The notes beneath the pieces were generated by a model that did not search any database, had not been told where the DNA came from, and worked only from the letters and a program-made list of their open reading frames with translations. The position numbers and the translations under genes were made by a program. Shown piece after piece: positions 1-9,972 of a stretch of 64,000 nucleotides of DNA. Source of the DNA: a candidate division FCPU426 bacterium (GTDB taxonomy: Bacteria > Oederibacteriota > Muellerivitia > Muellerivitales > Muellerivitaceae); NCBI GenBank assembly GCA_963771075.1, contig CAVYSE010000011.1:320001-384000 (forward strand), written 5' to 3'. The first letter of the stretch is position 1. Every line of letters starts with the position of its first letter.

Positions 1-2
1 CG

Positions 3-1325
<1,323 letters not shown>

Positions 1326-1383
1326 AAACAAGCAATTGGCGGGTGGCTGATAGCTATCAGCCAAAACATTTTAGGAGGATTTC

Positions 1384-1971
1384 ATGATTAAAGAATTCGG
1401 AACCCAACTTAGGTTGTCGTTTCTGTTCGTGCTCGTCTTTACCGTCATCGTAGGATTGGCCTATCCCGGCATCGTCACGCTGTTGGGACAGGCTTTGTTC
1501 CCGCACCAGGCCAACGGCAGTTTAATCGTGGTAAACGGGAAAAAGGCCGGGTCGGAACTGATCGGACAACCGTTCGACGACCCCAAGTATTTTTGGAGTC
1601 GGCCCTCGGCCACTTCGCCCCAAGCCTATAACGCGGCCAATTCCAGCGGCTCCAACTTGGGACCCACGAACCCGGACTTCATTAATTCCGTCAAGGGAAG
1701 GATCGACGCGCTCAAGAAAGCCGATCCCGAAATGGCGGATGCCCCGGTTCCCATGGACCTGGTGACGGCTTCCGGTTCGGGGCTGGACCCGCACATCAGC
1801 CCGGCGGCCGCCGAATACCAGGTGGCCCGGGTGGCCAAGGCTCGGGGCCTGGACCCGGCGAAGGTGCGGGACCTGGTGGCCCAGAACACCCAAGGCCGGT
1901 GGCTGGGTTTTATCGGCGACCCAGGGGTCAAGGTGCTGGAACTGAACCTGGCCTTGGACGCCCTCAAATAA
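1384..1971 (+). CDS. kdpC: K+-transporting ATPase subunit C
   Basis: N-terminal [30 protein letters not shown] motifs; AGGAGG RBS; follows kdpB. Confidence 0.98.
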   Translation: MIKEFGTQLRLSFLFVLVFTVIVGLAYPGIVTLLGQALFPHQANGSLIVVNGKKAGSELIGQPFDDPKYFWSRPSATSPQAYNAANSSGSNLGPTNPDFINSVKGRIDALKKADPEMADAPVPMDLVTASGSGLDPHISPAAAEYQVARVAKARGLDPAKVRDLVAQNTQGRWLGFIGDPGVKVLELNLALDALK

Positions 1972-1972
1972 G

Positions 1973-2083
1973 ATGGTCATGATGTTGAAGTTGGGGGAGA
2001 TCGCGAGCCAGGTCTGGCTTCCGGTAAGCCTGTACCTGGCGGCGCTGTTGCTGGCGGTTTATTACGCTTTTTATAACGACTGA
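1973..2083 (+). CDS. 36-aa single-TM peptide, possibly KdpF-like
   Basis: Hand translation MVMMLKLGEIASQVWLPVSLYLAALLLAVYYAFYND*; begins 1 nt after the kdpC stop; one hydrophobic helix; below the ORF-track cutoff. Confidence 0.5.
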   Translation: MVMMLKLGEIASQVWLPVSLYLAALLLAVYYAFYND

Positions 2084-2221
2084 TATCCCTTTTTCATTGG
2101 CCCATCGAGCCTTTTTGGTTGCCCCGTCGGTTTTTCCCCGTTACCCAATACCGCCCGCCCTTATTTCTTAGGCCGCCCTCCAAGCGTATAATCCCATCGT
2201 CCTAAAGCCGCATGAAAACGC

Positions 2222-2254
2222 TTTTTGGAATATTCCGCCCCTGGTGGGACTAAT
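2222..2254 (+). promoter_or_regulatory. Putative autoregulatory ECF-sigma promoter (GGAATA / GACTAAT)
   Basis: TTTTTGGAATA-N13-GGGACTAAT just upstream of the ECF RBS; same boxes and spacing at 6787-6819. Confidence 0.7.
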
Positions 2255-2268
2255 AGATAGGAGTTCCT

Positions 2269-2838
2269 GTGGAAGAAAGGGAACTGGTTCGCAGGGTTCT
2301 GGATGGCGATAAAAGCGCGCAAACCGAATTTTTCCTCGTCCATCGGGACCGGCTCTACCGGACATGCGTCTACTTTTTGGGTTATCAGGACCCGGAAGCC
2401 GAGGATATCGTGCAGGAGGCCTTCATCATCGCCCTACGAAAACTGCCTGAATTCGAGTTCAAGGCCAGTTTGAACACTTGGCTGACCCAGATCTGCGTTT
2501 TTTTGTGCTACAAACGCCTTCACAAACGCCATCGAGCCGTGCTCTCCTCACACGAGGAATTGGAAGCCTTGGCCAAACCCATCGAGACGGACCCCGGCGC
2601 GCGGGAAGAAGCGGCTTTCCGGGAAAGGGTCCTTGGCCTCATCCGCGATTGCATGGATAAGATCAGCGTCGAATGCCGGCGCTTGCTGAAAATGAGGGAC
2701 CAGGATAATAAAAGCTACGCCCTTATTGGGGAAGAGATGAAGGTTCCCATCGGCACGGTCATGAGCCGCCTTTCCCGGTGCCGGGAAGCCTTGAAAGTTT
2801 TGGTGAAAAACGCGATGGGGAGCGGCTCCAATGGCTGA
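2269..2838 (+). CDS. ECF-type RNA polymerase sigma factor
   Basis: Region 2 (EAEDIVQEAF, LNTWLTQI) and region 4 (SYALIGEEMKVPIGTVMSRLSRCR); 189 aa; AGGAG RBS, GTG start. Confidence 0.95.
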   Translation: MEERELVRRVLDGDKSAQTEFFLVHRDRLYRTCVYFLGYQDPEAEDIVQEAFIIALRKLPEFEFKASLNTWLTQICVFLCYKRLHKRHRAVLSSHEELEALAKPIETDPGAREEAAFRERVLGLIRDCMDKISVECRRLLKMRDQDNKSYALIGEEMKVPIGTVMSRLSRCREALKVLVKNAMGSGSNG

Positions 2839-3532
2839 TCTCATCCCCGATTTTTTCAAGCGCGACCTGAATGAACCCGAATGGCAAGAGCTCGAAAAGA
2901 AGCTGGAACAGGACCCTGGGGAAGCGGATCGGCTGGCCGCCCATGCGGAACAGGCCTATCTCAAGACCGGATTGCCCATGCCCCAATGGCCCCGGGGAGG
3001 TCCTGGCTTGCCTTCCCAGAAACCTTTGAGCGGGCCGGGAATATCCACCTGGATCGGAATCTCCGCGGTGGTTCTGCTGGGAACCGCCTTGGTCCTGTGG
3101 CGTTTTTGGCCCAACCCCTCCGTGGAAGTCCCGCTGAAGGCGGAACTGCCCGTGATCCCCGCGCCCCAACCCATCGACCAGGGCGCCAATATGACCGCTT
3201 CGAAAGCGGCCCCCGCCGCGGAATTGAACCAAGCCCTTTCCCCACCCCCGATGGCGATCCCGGAAAAGGTCATTTCGGAAGAAAAGGGAGCCAGTACATT
3301 GTCCGTGGTGGTGGAATTGGATTCGCCCGCGCCCGTGACCGTGGGGGTCTATGATCCATCGGGAAAACTGGACCGGGTGCTCTTCACCGGCCCCTTGAGT
3401 GCCGGGCAATGGGCGATCCATTGGGACGGGCTGCTCTCCAACGGTCAACCCGCCCCCAGCGGGGATTACCGCATCCAGGTCCGGGCCGGGATCAACTTGC
3501 TCCAAAAATCGATCCACCTGGAAACCAAATAG
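2831..3532 (+). CDS. Putative membrane anti-sigma factor with C-terminal FlgD-Ig/CTD-like domain
   Basis: Overlaps the sigma stop; short cytoplasmic N-terminus, one TM (ISTWIGISAVVLLGTALVLW), Pro-rich linker, then VTVGVYDPSGKLDRVL...IHWDG...GQPAPSGDYRIQV. Confidence 0.8.
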   Translation: MADLIPDFFKRDLNEPEWQELEKKLEQDPGEADRLAAHAEQAYLKTGLPMPQWPRGGPGLPSQKPLSGPGISTWIGISAVVLLGTALVLWRFWPNPSVEVPLKAELPVIPAPQPIDQGANMTASKAAPAAELNQALSPPPMAIPEKVISEEKGASTLSVVVELDSPAPVTVGVYDPSGKLDRVLFTGPLSAGQWAIHWDGLLSNGQPAPSGDYRIQVRAGINLLQKSIHLETK

Positions 3533-3802
3533 GGACCCATTTCCACCTGTACGTGATCTGTCTCGCGTGTGAATAACTCAAATACCGATAAAAATTGGTT
3601 TTTTGGATAGGTGTCGATAAAAAATTTTCTGCGTGCCTCTGTCCCCTTTGGCCCGACAGGCCAAAGAATTCGTACTATACCGACCTCATTAATTGCCTTA
3701 AAGAGGGTCGCCATGTGGTGGATTTTTAGATCTTTCCTATAATAAATGGAAGTTGCGGGGCGGGACCTAGGTTGGACTAAATTCCGCACAGGGGTCTGGG
3801 GT

Positions 3803-5227
3803 ATGGGCTTAATGCGGTTCTTAATCATCTTCCCGCTGTTGTGGCTTTCCTTACCGCGTCCCGCCGCCGCCCAATTCGACGGGGACGGCCTGAAAGGCGT
3901 CTATTACGGCAGCGTCAGCCTGACCAATCCCGTTGCCACCGTAATCGACCCCATCGTGAGTTTTCGGTGGGGGGGCTGCCCGCCCGAACCCAATATGTCG
4001 GTGAGTCTTTTTTCGGTCAAGTGGACCGGATGGCTGGAACCGAGATACAGCGAGTCTTGCACCCTCATTACCGAAGTGACGGGCGGGGTCAGCGTCATCG
4101 TGAATGGCGTCACCCTCATCAGTTCCTGGACGGATACGACCCAATATCAATCCGGAACCATAAGCCTGTCCTTGGGCGTCACGGTGCCCATCGAGGTCGA
4201 TTACTTCTCGGGAGGAGCCAACCCTTCCACCACCGAAATGCAGTTGATCTGGCAGAGCCATTCCCAACCCGAGGAATTCATCCCGCGGGAGTGCCTCTTC
4301 TCGGGAGCGCCCATCACTCCCTCCCCCACACCCCAGGCTCCCTCGGGATGCCAATTCAGCCCCAGCCTCACTGACCAGTTGGGCGGGTGGGGATGGAACC
4401 AGGGGCCCGCCTGGAACGGGGTCAATAAAATCGCCTACGGCAATACCTTCGGCGCCACCGCGGCCTTCAAGACGCTTTGGGACGCCAGCAACCTGTACCT
4501 GGGGGTCACGGTCACCGATAGCCAGCTGACCCCTACGGGTAACGGGCTGGCATGGGAACATTCGGCGGTCGAGGTTTATATCGACGCAACCGACTCAAAA
4601 AGCCAGACCCTACTGCCCTCTGATTTCCAGTATTTTTTCGGGTGGAACGACTCGACCCCTATCGAGATGAACAACCGGACCGCGGGCGTGACCGTGCAAA
4701 GCACCACAATCCCGAATGGTTATTTGATGGAAGTTTCCATCCCCTGGACGACCCTGGGGTTGTCCGCGCCGACCCCGGGCCAGGCCCTGGGATTCGACTT
4801 GGGTGTGGACGTGAACCATAACGGGGGCAATTGCCGCGACGGCCAGCTCATGTGGAACGGCGGGTTCGACAACTACGTCGATACAAGCCGATATGGGACA
4901 ATCACCCTGGCGAACGCCTGCCCCACGCCCGTCTCCACCCCGCCCGCGCCCGCCCCGAACCCCTATGTTTATTCCAACCCCTCCAGCGGCCCGAACGTGA
5001 ATTTCGTCTACACCATGGCGGAGTCGGGGACGGCCCATATCAAGGTCCGCAATGCCTGGGGGAACCTGGTGGCGGAAATCAGCGACTCCAAGCCAGCCGG
5101 ATTACAGTCCAGCCAGCTGGACGTGACGTCCTTTGCGCCAGGACATTATTTCTACCGGGTGGAGCTGGATTACCAGTCGGGGCGGTCGGACCAATTCAAG
5201 CCCCAAGTTTTGGCGATCAAGAAATGA
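3803..5227 (+). CDS. Secreted PA14 + CBM9-like sugar-binding protein with C-terminal sorting-like domain
   Basis: Signal peptide; GLKGVYY...FSVKWTGWLEP (PA14); LWDASNLYLGVTVTD...AVEVYID...EVSIPWTTL...GFDLGVD (CBM9/DOMON-like); YSNP...APGHYFYRV CTD; start uncertain (3746/3803/3812). Confidence 0.8.
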   Translation: MGLMRFLIIFPLLWLSLPRPAAAQFDGDGLKGVYYGSVSLTNPVATVIDPIVSFRWGGCPPEPNMSVSLFSVKWTGWLEPRYSESCTLITEVTGGVSVIVNGVTLISSWTDTTQYQSGTISLSLGVTVPIEVDYFSGGANPSTTEMQLIWQSHSQPEEFIPRECLFSGAPITPSPTPQAPSGCQFSPSLTDQLGGWGWNQGPAWNGVNKIAYGNTFGATAAFKTLWDASNLYLGVTVTDSQLTPTGNGLAWEHSAVEVYIDATDSKSQTLLPSDFQYFFGWNDSTPIEMNNRTAGVTVQSTTIPNGYLMEVSIPWTTLGLSAPTPGQALGFDLGVDVNHNGGNCRDGQLMWNGGFDNYVDTSRYGTITLANACPTPVSTPPAPAPNPYVYSNPSSGPNVNFVYTMAESGTAHIKVRNAWGNLVAEISDSKPAGLQSSQLDVTSFAPGHYFYRVELDYQSGRSDQFKPQVLAIKK

Positions 5228-6678
5228 GAAGATTGCCACCCCAGGGAAACAAGGTCACAAGGATTCTTTGTTTTTTTTTCGGATCATTCGCCTCGAGTCC
5301 TCAAAAAGGTCGTCTCTTCCCCCCGTGGCCAGGGGGGACAAAGAACTCAGGGCTATGCCGCCTCCTTTTTGTTTTTTTTAGGAAAGCGGCATGCGTCCCG
5401 GCGGTGTTATTTTTGGTTTTGGATTCAGGCCATTCCCAAACCGTCAATCCCGCCGCCCAGCTGGCCACACCCCTGGGCGCCTTGGGCGCCTCCGCCCGCG
5501 CGGATGCCCTGGGAGACGCTTGGGTGGGTTTGGCGGACGATCCTTCCGCCCTTTTCTTCAATAGCGCCGGACTGTCGGGCCTTCAAAACACGTCCCTTTC
5601 CATCAACCATAACAGCTACCTGGCGGGCGTCTTTGAGGAAACCCTGCTTTTCGGAATGAACGCGGGCTCGATGGGCGGATGGGGAGCGGCCGTCCAATAC
5701 GCCGGATGGGGAAACCTGGACGCGAGGGACGCGAACGGCGTTGACCAGGGTACCTTTTCCGACAGTGACGTGGGGCTGAGCGTGGGTTGGGGAGAGGAGG
5801 TCCTGGGCCATCTTTCCCTGGGCCTGGCGCTCCACGGCATCCAGCAGAAGATCGTGGACTCCCTTTACACCGACCTTTCGGGCGACCTGGGCGCGCTCTA
5901 TCATCCGGCCCCCGATCTTCGGTTGGGAGCGGCCTTTACCGGTTTAAGCACTTCCATCAATGGCTCGGCATTGGCCCAGGAACTCCACGCCGGGTTGTCC
6001 GACCGCATCCATCTGGGGGGGACGGAAAGCCTATTGGCGATGGCCTCGGGTTATTGGGAGCCCAACGGTTACAGCCGGTTACAGGGCGGCCTGGAAGGCG
6101 ACGTTGACGAACATTTTTTCCTGCGGGCGGGATATCAGCTTTCCTTGCCCGACAACCAATTTGAGGGTTTGACCGGCTTGACCGCCGGCGCGGGTTTGAA
6201 GATCGGGTCCTTCGCCTTGGATTACGCCTATGTGCCCTTCGGCGACTTCGGCGCCTCCCATCGCGTGAGTCTGGGTTATGTTTTCGAGGCCGCGAAGGAA
6301 ATCGTCAAGGTGAAGGAAATCGTGCAGGTGCCGGTCACCATCATCCAACAGGCCCTTCCCAAGCCGGTGACGGTGATCCAATCCGCGCCGCCGGTGAATC
6401 CCGGGCTTGAATTGCATTTCAAATTTCCCAGCGACCCCCTCGCGCAAGGGAAGACCCTGGAGGACCAGGGAAAATGGACGGAGGCCATCCAGTATTACCG
6501 CAATTCCGTCCTGCAGGACGCCCATAACGTGGAAGCCTGGATGCGAATGGGCAACCTTTATTACAAGGCGGGGAAGAAGGAATACGCCATCCAGTGTTTC
6601 CAATCCGTACTTTCCCTGGCACCCGATAATACCCAATTGCGGAATTGGCTGGACCAGTACAAAGCCCTCCGGCCCTAA
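5224..6678 (+). CDS. PorV/PorQ-family outer-membrane beta-barrel with C-terminal TPR
   Basis: ARADALGDAWVGLADDPSALFFNSAGL, FFLRAGY, GLTAGAG, LDYAYVPFGDFGASHRVSL; TPR helices at the C-terminus; ATG overlaps the previous stop (ATGA); true start may be later. Confidence 0.85.
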   Translation: MRRLPPQGNKVTRILCFFFGSFASSPQKGRLFPPWPGGTKNSGLCRLLFVFFRKAACVPAVLFLVLDSGHSQTVNPAAQLATPLGALGASARADALGDAWVGLADDPSALFFNSAGLSGLQNTSLSINHNSYLAGVFEETLLFGMNAGSMGGWGAAVQYAGWGNLDARDANGVDQGTFSDSDVGLSVGWGEEVLGHLSLGLALHGIQQKIVDSLYTDLSGDLGALYHPAPDLRLGAAFTGLSTSINGSALAQELHAGLSDRIHLGGTESLLAMASGYWEPNGYSRLQGGLEGDVDEHFFLRAGYQLSLPDNQFEGLTGLTAGAGLKIGSFALDYAYVPFGDFGASHRVSLGYVFEAAKEIVKVKEIVQVPVTIIQQALPKPVTVIQSAPPVNPGLELHFKFPSDPLAQGKTLEDQGKWTEAIQYYRNSVLQDAHNVEAWMRMGNLYYKAGKKEYAIQCFQSVLSLAPDNTQLRNWLDQYKALRP

Positions 6679-6786
6679 AGCCCTCCTAAAAACCTTTTTC
6701 TCGCGGAAATTTCACGCCAATTTGGCCGTTAAACTTCCCCGGTTAATCTATTAACTTGTAAAACCTCCCTGGCGGGGCCCCTGAAA

Positions 6787-6819
6787 TTTTTGGAATAAAC
6801 ATGGGTTGGCGGGACTAAT
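6787..6819 (+). promoter_or_regulatory. Putative ECF-sigma promoter for the glycosidase genes
   Basis: TTTTTGGAATA-N13-GGGACTAAT, same boxes and spacing as 2222-2254. Confidence 0.7.
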
Positions 6820-6877
6820 CAGCGGGGGAAAACGGCATCTCGGTTACCGAACTATTGGGTATGCCCTTTCCTTCAAA

Positions 6878-6899
6878 CGATTTAACTGAAATTAAATCG
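6878..6899. promoter_or_regulatory. Palindrome CGATTTAA-N6-TTAAATCG (operator or 5'UTR hairpin), copy 1
   Basis: Perfect 8-bp inverted repeat ending ~27 nt before ATG 6926; second copy at 9924. Confidence 0.6.
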
Positions 6900-6925
6900 G
6901 AATCGAATTATTTCGGGAGGACGCC

Positions 6926-9791
6926 ATGCAAGGCCGCCAATTCAGTTGGAAAATGAACTTATGGAAAGGGTTCCTCCTGATCGCCTTATCGATCTTCCCT
7001 CTTCTTCCGCCGCCCTGGCGGGAACTTGTACGGTTAACGCCTCCCAGACCAACCAATACATCCATTGCATCGGGGCGTCCAGCGCTTGGAGCGGCATCAA
7101 CGGTTTGGGAACGCAGTTATTCGCGGACGACAACGTGAACGGCCATATCGGGCTTCAATCCCTCAGGGCCCGGATCGATCCCACCAACAACTTTTCTTCC
7201 GAAGTGAGTACCTTGGTTTCCGCCAAGGCCGTCAATCCCAATATCCTATTCTGGGCCACCGAATGGTCCCCTCCTGCCCAATACAAGGCCAACGATAACG
7301 TCGATGGCGGTGCCAGTAACGATACCTTCCTAGGAGCCAGTTCGGGTGCGGCCAATAGCGACGGATACGGGATTGGCCAGTTACCAAGTCTCGTTCATCC
7401 AATATTGCAAGAACCAGGGCATCAACCTTTACGCCCTCTCAGTCCAGAACGAGCCGAATTTCAACCCAACCTATGAGGCCTGCCTTTGGTCCGCGGGCCA
7501 GTTTGACGTTTACGTCAAGGCCTTTTATAGCGCCATCCAAAGCGCCGGCCTTTCGACCAAGATCATGATCCCGGAGCCGGACAACCCGGGCGGCATGAAC
7601 CTGGCCTCAACCGCCATGGCCGACTCGACGGCGGCCCCAGAAATCGGAATCATTGCCTCCCATGCCTACGGCGAGAATCTCGCTCCTCTTTCCTCCTACG
7701 GCTTCAGCAACATAACGAACCAGGAATGGTGGGAAACGGAAATATCCGGTAACACGACCGACGTACCAGGTGCCTTGCAGGAAGCGGGCTGGATCCACAC
7801 CAGCTTGGTGGACGCGAGCACGAACGCCTTTCACTATTGGTGGATCCAGGACCTTTACAGCGGCAGCAGCCTCGACATCAAGGCTTTCGTTCTGGGCAAT
7901 TACAGCAAGTTCATACGCCCGGGCTATTACCGTATGGGCGCGACCGAAGTCCCCTCCTCCGGGGTATCAGTGAGCGCCTTCAAGAACACTAATACTTCCT
8001 CTCCCCAGACCATCGTGTTCGTAGCCATCAACGGGAACAGCTCTTCGGTCAACCAAACTTTCACGATCAGCGGGGTCAACGTGACTTCGGTGACTCCCTG
8101 GGTAACCAACGGGAGCACCAACCTCGTCGCCCAACCCGCCGTGGCGGTTTCGGGGGGGAGTTTCACCTATAGCCTGACCGCGACCAGCGTCACGTCTTTC
8201 GTGGGAGTGGTGAGCGGGTCCGTGGCCAACACGGCCACTTTCACACCGACCTTTACCCCGACGCATACCAATACCCCAGTGCCGCCAACGGCGACCAATA
8301 CCTTCACGTCGACCCGTACCAACACGCCGACCGCGACTTTTACCTTTACCTCGACACACACGAATACCCCGGTGCCCCCGACCGCGACTTTTACCTTCAC
8401 GTCGACGCATTCGAATACACCCATACCTCCAACGGCGACTTTCACTTATACCCCGGTGCCGCCAACGGCGACCTATACCTTCACCTCGACCCATACAGCC
8501 GTGCCGCCTACGGCCACCTTTACCTTCACGACGGTCCCGCCGACGAATACCGCGGTGCCTCCGACCTCAACGCCGGTCACGGTGGTAAACACGGTCGTGC
8601 CGCCCACCGCGACCAATACCTTTACGGCGGTTCCACCCACCAATACGCCGGTACCACCGACGAACACTCCTGTACCGCCGACCGCGACTTTCACGGCAAT
8701 GCCCCCGACGGCCACCCACACCGCTGTGCCACCCACCGCGACCAATACCTTTACGGTGGTTCCACCCACCAATACGCCGGTACCACCTACCGCAACCTTT
8801 ACCTTCACAGCGGTGCCGCCGACAGCGACCCATACCCCTGTGCCGCCTACGGCTACATTCACTTATACGCCCGTGCCGCCCACCAATACCTTCACCAACA
8901 CTCCCGTGCCGCCAACGGCGACCAATACCCCGGCCACGGGCACGGGAAGCTTCGCGATCGAACTCTTGAGCGGTGTGACGGCTGATTCCACAAACAGCCC
9001 CCACCCGCAGATCCAGATCGTGAACACCGGTAACGGGCCCCTGGCCTTGAACACGGTGACGGCCAAGTACTGGTTCAATTGCGACTGCACGACCCAAACG
9101 GTCCAGGCCTGGGTGGATTGGGCGGGCTTGATGCCGGCAGGAACCAATGTCACCAGCGATATCCATTTTTCCGTCCAACCCACCAGTTTGGGCGGGCAGA
9201 CCAACTATGTGCTCTACAGCTTCACGGGGAACCTGGTCTTGCAGCCGGGCCAATCGATCCAGATCCAAAGCCGGTTCAACAAGAGCGACTGGAGCAACAT
9301 GCTCCAGGACAACGACTGGAGCTTCGCGGCCTATACGAGCTACACCGATTGGGGCCAATGTGACGGGCTATTTGAGCGGAACCCTGGCCTGGGGCCAAGA
9401 GCCGGCGGGGACCGCGACCGCGGCCTTGAAGGCGGCTAGCGTCGTTTCTTACCCGAACCCCTCGACGGGGAACGGGGTGAACCTGGCGATGAAGCTGACG
9501 GGAGCGGGTCGGGCGGCAACGTCCGCCAAGGCGTCATGGGCGCTTCCGGCAATGTGGAAGCGGTACCCGAACGCGCAAGTCATAGTCAAGGTCTACACGA
9601 TGGAGGGCAGGTTGATCTGGTCGACAGTGTTGCGGGCATCACTTCGGGTCGTCCGGCAGCCACGACCTCTACTGGAATGAGAAGAGACTGGTGGGGTATT
9701 ACCTGGCCAACGGGCTCTACATGGTGACGTGACGGTGAAGTCCAACGGCCAATCCACCACCTCCACCAATAAATTGCTGATTTTGAAATAG
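6926..9791 (+). CDS. Secreted GH30 xylanase-like + Pro/Thr linker + CBM3 + CTD; multiple frameshifts (assembly error or pseudogene)
   Basis: GGAGG RBS; joined from ORFs 6926, 6946, 7346 and 9147; SVQNEP and WWETE catalytic motifs, [16 protein letters not shown]3 (PQIQIVNTG...KYWF...[18 protein letters not shown]); indels near 7000, 7361, 9358 and 9500-9730. Confidence 0.85.
8372..9791 (+). repeat. ~1.4 kb direct repeat A, copy 1 (PT linker-CBM3-CTD)
   Basis: Nearly identical to 11500-12919 (offset ~3126); shadow ORFs 8863..9204 and 11989..12330 are identical. Confidence 0.95.
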
Positions 9792-9792
9792 G

Positions 9793-9897
9793 AACAGCCG
9801 TAAACGGATCCTGCCGTCGCGAAATTCTGGGAAGCGCTTAAGGTGAACGGGCTTCACCCTCAGGCGCTCCCATCAAGGTCGCGGCGGCGGGCCTGTT
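9793..9897 (+). other. Long intergenic stem-loop
   Basis: Nested arms CCTGCCGTCGCGA/TCGCGGCGGCGGG, TGGGAAGCGC/GCGCTCCCA, GGTGAA/TTCACC. Confidence 0.6.
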
Positions 9898-9923
9898 ATT
9901 CAATCGATCAAACCTACTGCTGG

Positions 9924-9945
9924 CGATTTAACTGAACGTAAATCG
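9924..9945. promoter_or_regulatory. Palindrome CGATTTA-N8-TAAATCG, copy 2
   Basis: 20/22 identical to 6878-6899, ending ~28 nt before ATG 9973; both followed by GGAGGACGCCATG. Confidence 0.6.
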
Positions 9946-9972
9946 AAAATATGAAGATATTTGGAGGACGCC

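Noticed and set aside
3748..3780. GGAAGT...GGACTAA as a third ECF promoter copy
   Set aside because: The spacer is 20 nt versus 14 for the equivalent boxes, and the -35 box differs
4831..5223. N-terminal 131 aa of the 615-aa ORF
   Set aside because: It overlaps the PA14-CBM9 gene out of frame; the ATGA-coupled start at 5224 or a later start is more plausible
8230..8940. Dense repeats that could be mistaken for a CRISPR array or VNTR (also 11050-12060, 15060-16070, 21440-22800, 25425-26730)
   Set aside because: They are in-frame Thr/Pro linker codons with synonymous variation; there is no constant-repeat/unique-spacer pattern and no cas gene
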